NCBI GenBank assembly: GCA_002167285.1
Contig: NHDG01000067.1
Coordinates: 22,093 to 86,092, forward strand
Source of the DNA: Planctomycetia bacterium TMED53
Lineage (GTDB): Bacteria; Planctomycetota; UBA8108; UBA1146
DNA length: 64,000 bases
Direction: 5' to 3'
Within the stretch, counting starts at the first letter, position 1, and every line of letters begins with the position of its first letter. A program made the position numbers and the translations under genes. This document shows positions 9,142 through 18,309 of this stretch, piece after piece. The notes under the pieces are model-generated. The model saw only the letters and a program-made list of their open reading frames with translations, was not told the origin of the DNA and ran no database searches.

Positions 9142-10703
9142 TCACCATCGAGGCGAAAAGAGGTCGCATCGTTTTTTCCTGCTACCAGATCTTCTGGTAA
9201 CAGTGCTTCAGGGAAACCCTGCCAACACACCGGCCGCTGGAATCTTTCGAGAGCCGTCATACCGACGGAAGTCCAGCGAGAATCGGTAGTCGCCGGCCAT
9301 GGCCCGCCGTGCTGCATCGCCTCGCCCACTTCGACTCCAGTGGGGAAACCATTGAAGATGATTCGCCCCACTCGATCCTCAAGGCGCTGAAGAAGTTCTT
9401 GCTGATCTATGAGCTCCGCTTCGGTAGCGTGAATCGTTGCCGTCAGCTGGCCTTCGAGAACGGAAGCGACCTTGTGAAGTTGTTGCAGATCATCACACTC
9501 GACCAACAAGGTACTCGGTCCAAAAATCTCTGCTTGTAGTTGAGGATCTTCGATAAACCGACGTGCATCCGCAGCGAGCAAGCCAGCTTCGGCATCACAC
9601 GCTCCTGAACTGACAGGTCCCTTGCCCATCAATTGAACGCCGTTTCTTTCAGCGACTTCTTGAAGTCCCTTTTTGTATCCGGCGTGAATTCCCGAATGCA
9701 GCATCGTTCCAACAGGGCCATGAAAGAGTTCCCGTGATAACACAGCTTTGAAGGCCTCACTGTTTTCATCACGAATCAGCACCAATATTCCCGGGCAAGT
9801 ACAAAACTGCCCAACTCCTAAGAGAACACTCGACGCCATACCAGAGGCAATTTCTTCACCCCTTTCGGCAATGGCACCCGGCAACACGAAAACAGGATTC
9901 GCACTCCCCATTTCAGCAAATACCGGGATCGGCACTTCCCTCTGTGCAGCGATGCGCCAAAGAGAAAGTCCTCCCGATTGGGATCCTGTAAAACCGACCG
10001 CCGAAATTTCTGGATGGGAAGTCAATCCCACTCCGACATCGAAGGATTCCCCATGAATCAAACTGAAGACCCCAGCAGGCAGCTCCACCTCTTCCACCGC
10101 CGATGTGATCGCTGCCCCTACCAACTCGCAAACACCCGGATGCGCCGGGTGCGCTTTGACGACGACAGGGCAACCTGCAGCAATTGCGCTGGCGGTATCT
10201 CCGCCCGCGACACCAAAGGCGAGAGGAAAGTTACTGGCACCGAAGACTGCGATGGGACCAAGAGGAATCATCCTTCGACGTAGATCGGGTCGTGGCAGGG
10301 GTGATCGCTCAGGATCTGCACTTTGAAGGACAGTCTCACGAAACAAGCCCGAAGAAACGGTTTCAGCAAACTGTAACAGCTGAGAGCAGGTCCTCCCCAT
10401 CTCTGCTTCAAAACGTCCCTCTGGCAATCCGGTTTCGAGGACACCCCGTTGCTGAATTTGAGGCAACTGTTCTTGCAGGTTACGAGCCATCGCCTTCAGT
10501 AACCGAACACGAACCTCTGCGGGAAAAAGAACGCGCTGTTCATGGACTTCACGCGCTGCGATCACTGCTGTTTCGATCTGATCAGAGGACGCTTCCGGGT
10601 ATCCCGGTTCCAGTTTTTCACCGGTGGCAGGATTATGGGCATGGAATAGCCTGGAACCGGTGACTTTTTTTCCGGCGATCCAATGAATCCCTTCCAACAT
10701 CAT
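9117..10703 (-). CDS. Aldehyde dehydrogenase family protein, alpha-ketoglutarate semialdehyde dehydrogenase-like (NADP+)
   Basis: 528-aa ALDH-superfamily fold with a Rossmann GxxxxG region. Its size and architecture match KGSADH / 2,5-dioxovalerate dehydrogenase. It is translationally coupled (ATGA overlap) to the upstream DapA-family gene. Confidence 0.75.
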   Translation of the reverse strand: MMLEGIHWIAGKKVTGSRLFHAHNPATGEKLEPGYPEASSDQIETAVIAAREVHEQRVLFPAEVRVRLLKAMARNLQEQLPQIQQRGVLETGLPEGRFEAEMGRTCSQLLQFAETVSSGLFRETVLQSADPERSPLPRPDLRRRMIPLGPIAVFGASNFPLAFGVAGGDTASAIAAGCPVVVKAHPAHPGVCELVGAAITSAVEEVELPAGVFSLIHGESFDVGVGLTSHPEISAVGFTGSQSGGLSLWRIAAQREVPIPVFAEMGSANPVFVLPGAIAERGEEIASGMASSVLLGVGQFCTCPGILVLIRDENSEAFKAVLSRELFHGPVGTMLHSGIHAGYKKGLQEVAERNGVQLMGKGPVSSGACDAEAGLLAADARRFIEDPQLQAEIFGPSTLLVECDDLQQLHKVASVLEGQLTATIHATEAELIDQQELLQRLEDRVGRIIFNGFPTGVEVGEAMQHGGPWPATTDSRWTSVGMTALERFQRPVCWQGFPEALLPEDLVAGKNDATSFRLDGEWHQGSAH

Positions 10704-11641
10704 TTCTCTCCTTCAAGGACAGCCGGTCGCTTTTGCAAAGCTTCACGAATGACCGCCAGTGCACCTTCACGCAATGCACCGACGACCGGCATCCGCGGTG
10801 AACGCACCGTCTCTGAACCTCTCTCGACTTCTTGCTGAACCAGTTTGATCAGTTGAACAAACTCCGGAACGCAATCGAGTCGCAACATCGGCAAGAACCA
10901 ACGATAGATTTCATCTGCTTCGATAGCGCTGCTGCGCTCCTCAAGACCGGCGACCGCCTTGTCAAAGAGTAAGACCGATTCTGCGGGAAGAGCATTGACG
11001 AGCCCTGCGACCCAACCGACCGCTCCTTGACGAACAGCTTCGACGACCATGTCGTCGAGGCCCGCAAAGAGCGCAAGGCGATCACCCACCAGTGAACGAA
11101 CTGCGGTGATTCTACGGGCGTCACCACTCGAATCTTTGACGGCTACCAATCTTTCCTGTCGATCGGCAAGGTCGGCGATCCAACCGGGAGGAAAGTCAAC
11201 GCCATAAGCACCTGGGTTATTGTAGAGCATGCAAGGAAGATCAGTGGCAGCCATCACCGCCTCCACGTGGGCCTCCATTTCGTGGAAGGGACCTTTGTGG
11301 ATGTATGGAGGTAAGACCATCAGGCCTTTCGCTCCCATCACTGAAGCGGCTGCTGCCAATCTTCCCGCATCCCGAGTCGAGCCAGCGGCGATACCTGGGA
11401 TAACCGGTACACGATGACCAACAGCGCGCACACAAGTGTCGATGATTCGCTGCTTTTCTTCGAGAGAGAGGGTCGCGCCCTCCCCAAGAGATCCACAAGG
11501 AATGATACCGGTGGCTCCATGATCGACGAGCCACACCGCATGTTCAGAAAGAAACGCATGGTCAACTTCGCCGGAATCATCAAACGGGGTCGTGATGGCA
11601 GGCATTACCCCGGTCCAGCTCCATTGTAATTCAGAATCCAT
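10700..11641 (-). CDS. DapA/dihydrodipicolinate-synthase-family lyase (candidate 1-pyrroline-4-hydroxy-2-carboxylate deaminase / KDG-type dehydratase)
   Basis: 313 aa. The N-terminal motif GVMPAITTPF ... GIIPCGSLGE and the TIM-barrel Schiff-base family signature are present. It is paired with KGSADH, as in Hyp and pentonate pathways. Confidence 0.75.
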   Translation of the reverse strand: MDSELQWSWTGVMPAITTPFDDSGEVDHAFLSEHAVWLVDHGATGIIPCGSLGEGATLSLEEKQRIIDTCVRAVGHRVPVIPGIAAGSTRDAGRLAAAASVMGAKGLMVLPPYIHKGPFHEMEAHVEAVMAATDLPCMLYNNPGAYGVDFPPGWIADLADRQERLVAVKDSSGDARRITAVRSLVGDRLALFAGLDDMVVEAVRQGAVGWVAGLVNALPAESVLLFDKAVAGLEERSSAIEADEIYRWFLPMLRLDCVPEFVQLIKLVQQEVERGSETVRSPRMPVVGALREGALAVIREALQKRPAVLEGEK

Positions 11642-11762
11642 CGGCTTCCTTTCCCGAAGTAATTCTCGGAGTAAATCTCTGAGTGATCATCATGGGGTCA
11701 TGATGGTCCGAAATGAAGATGACGGAAACCCATCCGCGAAACCGATCTCTTCGATCTCGAAA

Positions 11763-13505
11763 TCAACGGCGGCGGGATCTTCGTAACACCAGCAGAAACA
11801 ACAATGGAGCTCCCAATGCGGCCGTGATCACGCCGACAGGGACCTCCCGCTGAGCCGACAATATCCGGCCGAGGCTGTCGCAAAGGGGCAAAAAAGCGAC
11901 CCCCAACAACATCGAAGCAGGTACGAGGAAACGTGGCTGTGCCCCACCGAGAAGTCGCATGATGTGAGGACAAACGAGTCCAACAAAAGCGATCGGCCCC
12001 GCCATAGCGACCCCCGCAGCGACTCCCAAAGAAGAGAGACCCACACCGAGTGTTCGCACCCTGCGAATATCGACTCCCCGTGAGCGTGCGCGATCGGTTC
12101 CTGTGACAAGAACGTCGAGAGGGCGTAGTAATGCCAGCATTCCAATGATGGAAATGAGTAAGAATGGCAAGGCAAGCCACAGCCTGTCAAAACCGATCAG
12201 GGTCAGACTCCCCAACGACCAACGTAAAGCATCCAGCGCCATCACTTGATCGAAGCCCAGTCGAAGTGCAGAAGAGATCGCCCCGGTCATCAATGTCAAA
12301 GCAATGCCGGCAAGAAGTACATCTTCAGTGCGAGTTTGATTGCGCGCAGCGATGAGTACGACCACCGTTGTCACCACCAATGCTCCGACAAAGGCAGCGA
12401 ATGGCAATAGAGGGACTCCCCAACTCTCGGCTCCTGCACCAAGGAGCAGCGCAACGATGACACCGAGTGAGGCACCTGCAGTAGTTCCCACCGTTCCCGG
12501 AGTCGCCAATGGGTTCTGTAACAAAATCTGTAAGACTGCTCCTGCGCCAGCGAGCACCGCTCCCAATACCATTCCAGAAATCGCCCGCGGCAAACGCAGT
12601 TCGGCGAGGATTTGCTGACCCAGGTCACCATCCAAAGGAGACCCTATCCAAGCGGTGACGATTCCCAGAAACAGTGTGAATAGGGCCCACAATCCGAGTT
12701 GAATCCTGCCCCATGGTTTTTTTGAGCTCGAATCAGCGGCACTTTGTAGCTGCGAATCATCGGCATAGATCTTCTGTTGCCAATCATCGCCCAACTCAGC
12801 AGGATCGTTTCCGTCGTAAACGATCTTGCCATCAGAAAGAGCGACAACTCTCGCCTCAATCTGTTCCAAATCCTTGAGCAAACGGATGTCGTGAAGGACC
12901 ACCACCACCGTCTGCCCCGCCAAAATTCGCTGCTGCAAATCTTCGAGGAGTCGTGTTCTCCAAATTGGATCGAGATGGTTGGCGGGTTCATCGAGAAGCC
13001 AAACCCTTGCCTCTTGCGCCCTCAAGGTCGCCATCTCCACCCTTTGGCGTTCGCCACCGGAGAGTTGGTTCCACCAACGCTTGGCAAGATCACCGGCACC
13101 GCTCAGCTTCAACGCCGCTCGCGCCTCTTCGAGGGCTACCTGACGAGGTTCGTCAAAGTGATAACGCGCGGCAGCGACCACATCTTCGACCAGTAATGGT
13201 TCTGGAGTTGGGTTTTCTTGCGGCAACCAGGCGAAAAGACTGGCGCGGTCAAAGTCACTGAGTTTTGTCAGGTCCGCACCATCGACACTAATCGATCCAG
13301 CGTTGGGAGATACTTGACCGAGGAGGGTTGCTAGAAGAGATGATTTTCCGGATCCATTGGCACCGACGATCGCGACCAGCTCACCGCTACCGATGCCGAG
13401 ATCGATCTCCTTCAACACCTCTTTGTCGCCGCGACGAATCGTCAGCTTCTCGATTTGCAACCAGCCCCCACCGTCACTTCCGGTGAACATCTCTTGAGAA
13501 CTCAT
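11763..13505 (-). CDS. Fused ABC transporter ATPase-permease, FecE-like NBD + FecCD/BtuC-like TMD
   Basis: The N-terminal NBD has Walker A GANGSGKS, the LSGGERQRV signature and Walker B LLDEP. The C-terminal ~310 aa form a FecCD-type permease (RLPRAISGMVLGAVLAGAGAVLQ ...). There is a 4-nt overlap with the upstream binding-protein gene. Confidence 0.8.
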   Translation of the reverse strand: MSSQEMFTGSDGGGWLQIEKLTIRRGDKEVLKEIDLGIGSGELVAIVGANGSGKSSLLATLLGQVSPNAGSISVDGADLTKLSDFDRASLFAWLPQENPTPEPLLVEDVVAAARYHFDEPRQVALEEARAALKLSGAGDLAKRWWNQLSGGERQRVEMATLRAQEARVWLLDEPANHLDPIWRTRLLEDLQQRILAGQTVVVVLHDIRLLKDLEQIEARVVALSDGKIVYDGNDPAELGDDWQQKIYADDSQLQSAADSSSKKPWGRIQLGLWALFTLFLGIVTAWIGSPLDGDLGQQILAELRLPRAISGMVLGAVLAGAGAVLQILLQNPLATPGTVGTTAGASLGVIVALLLGAGAESWGVPLLPFAAFVGALVVTTVVVLIAARNQTRTEDVLLAGIALTLMTGAISSALRLGFDQVMALDALRWSLGSLTLIGFDRLWLALPFLLISIIGMLALLRPLDVLVTGTDRARSRGVDIRRVRTLGVGLSSLGVAAGVAMAGPIAFVGLVCPHIMRLLGGAQPRFLVPASMLLGVAFLPLCDSLGRILSAQREVPVGVITAALGAPLLFLLVLRRSRRR

Positions 13506-14362
13506 CGGGGAGCCTCCGAGACCATCAGCGGAAGTTTCTGAATCGTCTCTTTAAGCTGACCGACCAACTTCAACAAACCTGGACCTTCATCGAGAATGGT
13601 GGGGTCATGAATTGTCCCGATGGCTCCTCTGCTCAGTGCTTTTAAACCGGGAATGCCAGAGTAAGAGCTGATGACCGCTTCCCTATTTGAATCCGAACTT
13701 TCTTCCGCGGGAATGAGATGAATGATGCCATCAGGGTTCATCTCAATCAGCGCCTCCAGTGAGATTTTAGGTGCGCCCGGAAGTGGATCGACGAGTGCAT
13801 TGCGATATCCCGCGGCCCTTAATGCTTGTCCGTGAAGTGATTCATCTCGAATCACCCAAGGACCACCACTACGATCGAGGGGGCCACCGATCACCAAAAG
13901 AATTCGGGGGGATTGGGGCGAATCAGTGGGTGCCATTCCAGAGCGCATCCTCTGAGCCAACTCCCGAGCATTCTCTTCCTTCGCGCTGATCTCTCCCAAT
14001 TTTTCGATACTGAAACACAAATCCTCGACATTCGACCAAGGCAACATCACCGGTACGCCGATTCTGCCTAGAGCATCTACCGGAACTCCCGCAGCCGATC
14101 TGGCGAGCAGAATCTTCGCTCCAGATCGCAAGATGCGTTCGAGATCTGGAGACAGGGCCGTTCCTCCCCTGGGGAGATCCCCGACAGTGGGGCAAAAGTC
14201 GCTGATCATCGCCAGCCGATCTTCTCCACCGAGCGCTAAAAGCGTGGCCGTAATCGATGGAGCTAACGACGCCAATCCTTGGCCCTGAATCATCGGCGAC
14301 TGGGAGTCGAGGGTGCGACTCAGCGAGGCGGACAACAGGGTTGCAAGGAGAGCCAAAACCAA
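13502..14362 (-). CDS. Periplasmic substrate-binding protein, class III (BtuF/FhuD/TroA-like)
   Basis: Signal peptide, and a two-lobe PBP of the iron-siderophore/cobalamin type (GEDRLAMISDFCP ... ILLARSA). It is co-transcribed with the fused ABC gene. Confidence 0.7.
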   Translation of the reverse strand: MVLALLATLLSASLSRTLDSQSPMIQGQGLASLAPSITATLLALGGEDRLAMISDFCPTVGDLPRGGTALSPDLERILRSGAKILLARSAAGVPVDALGRIGVPVMLPWSNVEDLCFSIEKLGEISAKEENARELAQRMRSGMAPTDSPQSPRILLVIGGPLDRSGGPWVIRDESLHGQALRAAGYRNALVDPLPGAPKISLEALIEMNPDGIIHLIPAEESSDSNREAVISSYSGIPGLKALSRGAIGTIHDPTILDEGPGLLKLVGQLKETIQKLPLMVSEAPR

Positions 14363-14438
14363 GAGGAGGGTTAGTGCTTTTCGGTCGATGTCACCCTCCT
14401 CTTCTTTGCTGGGCTGTAGTCAATATGCTGAAACGAGA

Positions 14439-16049
14439 TCATTCCGAATCCCTGACTTGAGAAACCCGGGTCGACAATCCTGAAGGGACAACCATCCAGG
14501 GAGGTCGAATCGTATCGGATCCCGTCAATCTCTGACAGATCGGACTCGATTCACACACCCGTCCTTGGCAGGGACCCATTCCCAATCTGTGTATCAACCT
14601 CGCCTCACGGAATGAAGTCACCCCTGAGAGATCTCCGGTTGCCACATCTTCGCAGCGGCAAGCGATGACATCTTCAGTCGCCAACTGAAGAACTTCATCA
14701 CGTAGCGGATGTGCAGATTCCAAAGCTTGCCCCCAGAAGCGATGGCGACGAACGCGAGCCAAAAGTCGCGACTGCGGATTTCGACCTGCCGCTACAATTC
14801 CTGCGATCAAACCTTCATCGATCGCAGCTTCATTACCGGCGACACCGGTCAATTCACCGGCACATAGGATCCCTGGTATCGAACTTTGCTGATGTGCATC
14901 CACACGAACGGCACCACTCTCATCGAGGTCACAACCCAATCCAGCTGCCACCCGTGATTCGGGAATCAATCCGTAACCCACCGCCAACCCATCCACGGCC
15001 ATCACACGATCTCCGGCAGGAGTTCTTAGAACCACTTCCTCGACACGCCCATCTCCGCGCGCTTCCTTGACCCAACTGGAAGAAGATTTCTCAACATCGG
15101 CGAGAGCATTCCACAAATTCAGAGCGGGGCGCCAACGGGAAGGGGATAAGAGTAGAGGAATTGCGAGCCCGCTTCGATCTGCGAAGGAAGCTTGCTCCGC
15201 AAGAGTCACTCGGGCACCTGACTCATTCGCCAATCGTGCAACCGCTAAAAGCAATGGTCCCGAACCAGCAACCAACAAAGTGCGGTCCCTCACATCGAGT
15301 CCGCCTTTGATCAAGGACTGTAGCGCTCCTGCACCCACGACTCCGGGAAGAGTCCATCCCGGAAATGGGAGAAACCTCTCACGTGCACCCGTGGCGACGA
15401 TGATCTTATGACAGATCACGCGAACCCGGTTACCGTCGGTGACTCCGGCCACCTCGAGCTCTCCCGGTTGGCCGCGATAGACGGTGTAACCTTGAAGTCG
15501 TTGAACACCCGCCTGGCGTGCTCTCTCGAGCCAGCTCCGCGCAGCAAGAGGGGGCTCGTGACGATAGCTCCAAATGCGCCCCCCAGGACGAATCGATTCA
15601 TCAATGATGACGACCGATCGTCCCAGTTCAGCGGCCGCACAGGCGGCAGCGAGGCCCGCTGGGCCAGCTCCGATCACTGCGAGATCAAACTCAACGGTTC
15701 GAATCGATCGGTCGATCTTAGCTTCAAGAGAAGCCAGCCCCAGGGGTTGATCCCTTTCAATCTTCTGGCCTTCCTTGACTTCGATCATGCAAGTTTTAAC
15801 GCCACGAACTCCGTCCACGGTCGCTCTGCATTCGTGACATGATCCCATCGCACAAAGAACACCACGGGGATCACCACCTGGAGATCGGCGCATCGCTGCC
15901 AAGCCAGACATCATCATGGCAGCGGCAAGGGTCATGCCGGATTCAACCATGATGGTTGCGCCATCTACTTGAATGCGAACCCGATCACCCATGAAGCCTC
16001 CCAACCACCGCACTGCGCATTCGAGCAGGGTCCCACGCTCCTGGATCAA
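14439..16049 (-). CDS. 2Fe-2S / FAD/NAD(P)-binding oxidoreductase (HcnA+HcnB-like; candidate D-hydroxyproline dehydrogenase alpha/gamma fusion)
   Basis: There is an N-terminal sarcosine-oxidase-alpha/HcnA-like 2Fe-2S module (IQVDG ... CAMGSCHEC). The central part is a pyridine-nucleotide-disulfide oxidoreductase (AVIGAGPAGLAAA). The C-terminal part is a BFD-like [2Fe-2S] domain (CRCEDV ... CQGRVC). The track start at 16049 is TTG. An ATG at 15992 lies 2 nt after the upstream stop. Confidence 0.75.
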   Translation of the reverse strand: MIQERGTLLECAVRWLGGFMGDRVRIQVDGATIMVESGMTLAAAMMMSGLAAMRRSPGGDPRGVLCAMGSCHECRATVDGVRGVKTCMIEVKEGQKIERDQPLGLASLEAKIDRSIRTVEFDLAVIGAGPAGLAAACAAAELGRSVVIIDESIRPGGRIWSYRHEPPLAARSWLERARQAGVQRLQGYTVYRGQPGELEVAGVTDGNRVRVICHKIIVATGARERFLPFPGWTLPGVVGAGALQSLIKGGLDVRDRTLLVAGSGPLLLAVARLANESGARVTLAEQASFADRSGLAIPLLLSPSRWRPALNLWNALADVEKSSSSWVKEARGDGRVEEVVLRTPAGDRVMAVDGLAVGYGLIPESRVAAGLGCDLDESGAVRVDAHQQSSIPGILCAGELTGVAGNEAAIDEGLIAGIVAAGRNPQSRLLARVRRHRFWGQALESAHPLRDEVLQLATEDVIACRCEDVATGDLSGVTSFREARLIHRLGMGPCQGRVCESSPICQRLTGSDTIRPPWMVVPSGLSTRVSQVRDSE

Positions 16050-17142
16050 GGATGCAGGCCTCCCCTAAAACTCGCTGACACAACAATTCTGCAGCAGCTG
16101 GAGCTTGAGTGATTCCGAGTCCCTCAAAGCCTCCCAACAACCAGGTTCGTTTCAATCCGGGCATCGGTCCGATCAAAGGTTTTCCATCGGACGTCGCGGC
16201 CCGTGAACCGGTCCAGGTTCGTAATATGGGAAGAGAACTCACTCCAGGAACAAATCGTTCACAGCGATCGATGATGCGTTGTAACAATTGAGCATCCACT
16301 GGCCCGCCTCGACCTGGCCTTCGGCAGGAACCCAAACACAGCTGATCCGTCGGTCGGGGAAGGATGGCACATGCCACTGCTTCCTCGGAAACTTGATGAG
16401 CTCCCTTTTGATAGCCCGCCTCGACCACATGATGCCCTAGAATTCTCGTTCCCCTCGCCGTGATCGCCAAGTGCCCTTCCCGGGGCAGAATTGGAAATTG
16501 TCGAGCCCACTCTCCTGCAGCTCCGGTGAAGTGATCGAGTAGAGAGATTCCCGTCGCAACGATCACGGCATCACCGGCCAGCCGGGAACCATTCGCAAGT
16601 TGGACCCAACCATCGCCGATCTCCACCACTGCAGTGTGAAAATAGCTCTCCACCTGCTCCAATTCATTCCAAAGATTTGCGGTAACCTTCGGAGCATACA
16701 CGACCCCATCATGGGGAATTCGTAAACCACCGACCAAATCTCTAGCGAGAGCCGGCTCCACTTTGAAAAGCCGCTCTCCTTCGATCAGTTCCGATTCGAC
16801 TCCTGCGCTCTGAAGTCTGCCAAGGGCTCCTTTTAAAGCTTCCATTTGTGAATCGTCTTCAGCCATCCACAAGGTTCCGCTGCGCCAATAACTCTGATCC
16901 GTTTCCTCTTCATTCAACCTCTCGCGCCACAGCTCGCGTCCTCGTAAACAGAGCCTCAGCACTTCTGGATCACCATCGTTAACGACGATGTGTCCCATCC
17001 CCGCAGCGGTGGCACCTTGCACTCCTGCTGCTGGTCCAGACTCGATGAGCGAGACTTTGAATCCGCGATCAACGAACTCTCGTGCGCAACAAACCCCCGC
17101 AATTCCTGCACCGAGGATAATGACGTGATGGCGCTGATTCAT
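15985..17142 (-). CDS. FAD-dependent oxidoreductase, DAO family (candidate D-hydroxyproline dehydrogenase beta subunit)
   Basis: N-terminal dinucleotide-binding motif VIILGAGIAG, DAO-family length (385 aa), and tight coupling to the 2Fe-2S/FAD partner. Confidence 0.78.
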   Translation of the reverse strand: MNQRHHVIILGAGIAGVCCAREFVDRGFKVSLIESGPAAGVQGATAAGMGHIVVNDGDPEVLRLCLRGRELWRERLNEEETDQSYWRSGTLWMAEDDSQMEALKGALGRLQSAGVESELIEGERLFKVEPALARDLVGGLRIPHDGVVYAPKVTANLWNELEQVESYFHTAVVEIGDGWVQLANGSRLAGDAVIVATGISLLDHFTGAAGEWARQFPILPREGHLAITARGTRILGHHVVEAGYQKGAHQVSEEAVACAILPRPTDQLCLGSCRRPGRGGPVDAQLLQRIIDRCERFVPGVSSLPILRTWTGSRAATSDGKPLIGPMPGLKRTWLLGGFEGLGITQAPAAAELLCQRVLGEACILDPGAWDPARMRSAVVGRLHG

Positions 17143-18242
17143 GAGGACTCCATCGCATTTTGATACACCAACTCAGTCTCTTGGGCACACCGATCCCAGG
17201 TGAAACTGCGTGCGTACTCTTTGCCCTTTTCTCGATCGGTGACTGAAGCTCCTAGAGCGCTATTGAGGGCTGCAGCAATCGAAACAGCATCATTCGCATC
17301 ACAAAGATGACCATGCCCTCCAGCGACCTCCGGAGCCGCTCCCCGATTCGATATCACCACTGGGGTACCACACGCCAATGCCTCAAGGATGGGCAAACCA
17401 AAGCCTTCGTAGTGGGTGCAAAAGAGGAGGGCTCGTGAAGAGCGGTAGGCAGCGGCTAGCTGATCTTGATTCAACCAACCGAAGCGCAGAATCCTCCCCT
17501 TATCGACGACATCAATTTTTTTCTGCAACGCAGTAGAGCCATAGGTGGACTCTCCGATCAGAATCAACGGGGTGTCGATATCCAAATCCGCTTTCAGATA
17601 TCCTTCCACGATTCCATCGAGGTTTTTTCGTTGTGAAAAATCCCCTGCGTAGACGACCCCCCCCGCAGGGATCCCTACTTCCTCGAGTAACTTCTGATCC
17701 GCAAATCCACCTTTAAAGAAGTTCTCATCGATTCCGTGATGCACCACCTCTACTTTCTCTGGGTCACAATCGATATGTTCGAGAAAGTCGTCTTTGGTTG
17801 TGCCGCTGACCGCGATGATGCGACTGCAATCTCTGGCGATCTGGCGATATCGATCTATTTTTTTCTGTGCAAATTTTTCGGTAGAAAATCGTTCTCCTTG
17901 GGTCATTCCAGGAAGGATGTGGAACACATCGTGCAGTGTTGCCACGGTAGGAATTTTGCCATTGAGAAGGGGCCAGCGTGGAACTCGCGAATCGGTCACA
18001 TGAATTACATCCGCGGACCGTGTGAGTGGCCAAAGTGGTTCCTGAATCCAAAATCTGCGAGAGCGCTCTACACTCAAACGATGTTGCCGAAGATGAAAGT
18101 GGGAGCAGCGGGTACCAATCTGCAGGGAAACCTGCCGGCGAGAGAGAGCAGATGTCAAACCCTCGGTGTACCTACCGATTCCTGTCGGCTTCGGAGTGCA
18201 CGCGGCTGTGACATCGATGGCGATGCTCAACACTATCAACAC
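17139..18242 (-). CDS. Glycosyltransferase family 4 (GT-B, group 1)
   Basis: The N-terminal motif KPTGIGRYT and the C-terminal EGFGLPILEALACGTPVV are GT4 hallmarks. There is a 4-nt overlap with the downstream DAO gene. Confidence 0.75.
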   Translation of the reverse strand: MLIVLSIAIDVTAACTPKPTGIGRYTEGLTSALSRRQVSLQIGTRCSHFHLRQHRLSVERSRRFWIQEPLWPLTRSADVIHVTDSRVPRWPLLNGKIPTVATLHDVFHILPGMTQGERFSTEKFAQKKIDRYRQIARDCSRIIAVSGTTKDDFLEHIDCDPEKVEVVHHGIDENFFKGGFADQKLLEEVGIPAGGVVYAGDFSQRKNLDGIVEGYLKADLDIDTPLILIGESTYGSTALQKKIDVVDKGRILRFGWLNQDQLAAAYRSSRALLFCTHYEGFGLPILEALACGTPVVISNRGAAPEVAGGHGHLCDANDAVSIAAALNSALGASVTDREKGKEYARSFTWDRCAQETELVYQNAMESS

Positions 18243-18309
18243 TCCCTTCTTGAAGCCTCAAAAAATAAATCGGACTGCTCCCGAGCCTAATGGCCGGTGA
18301 GTCTTTGCT

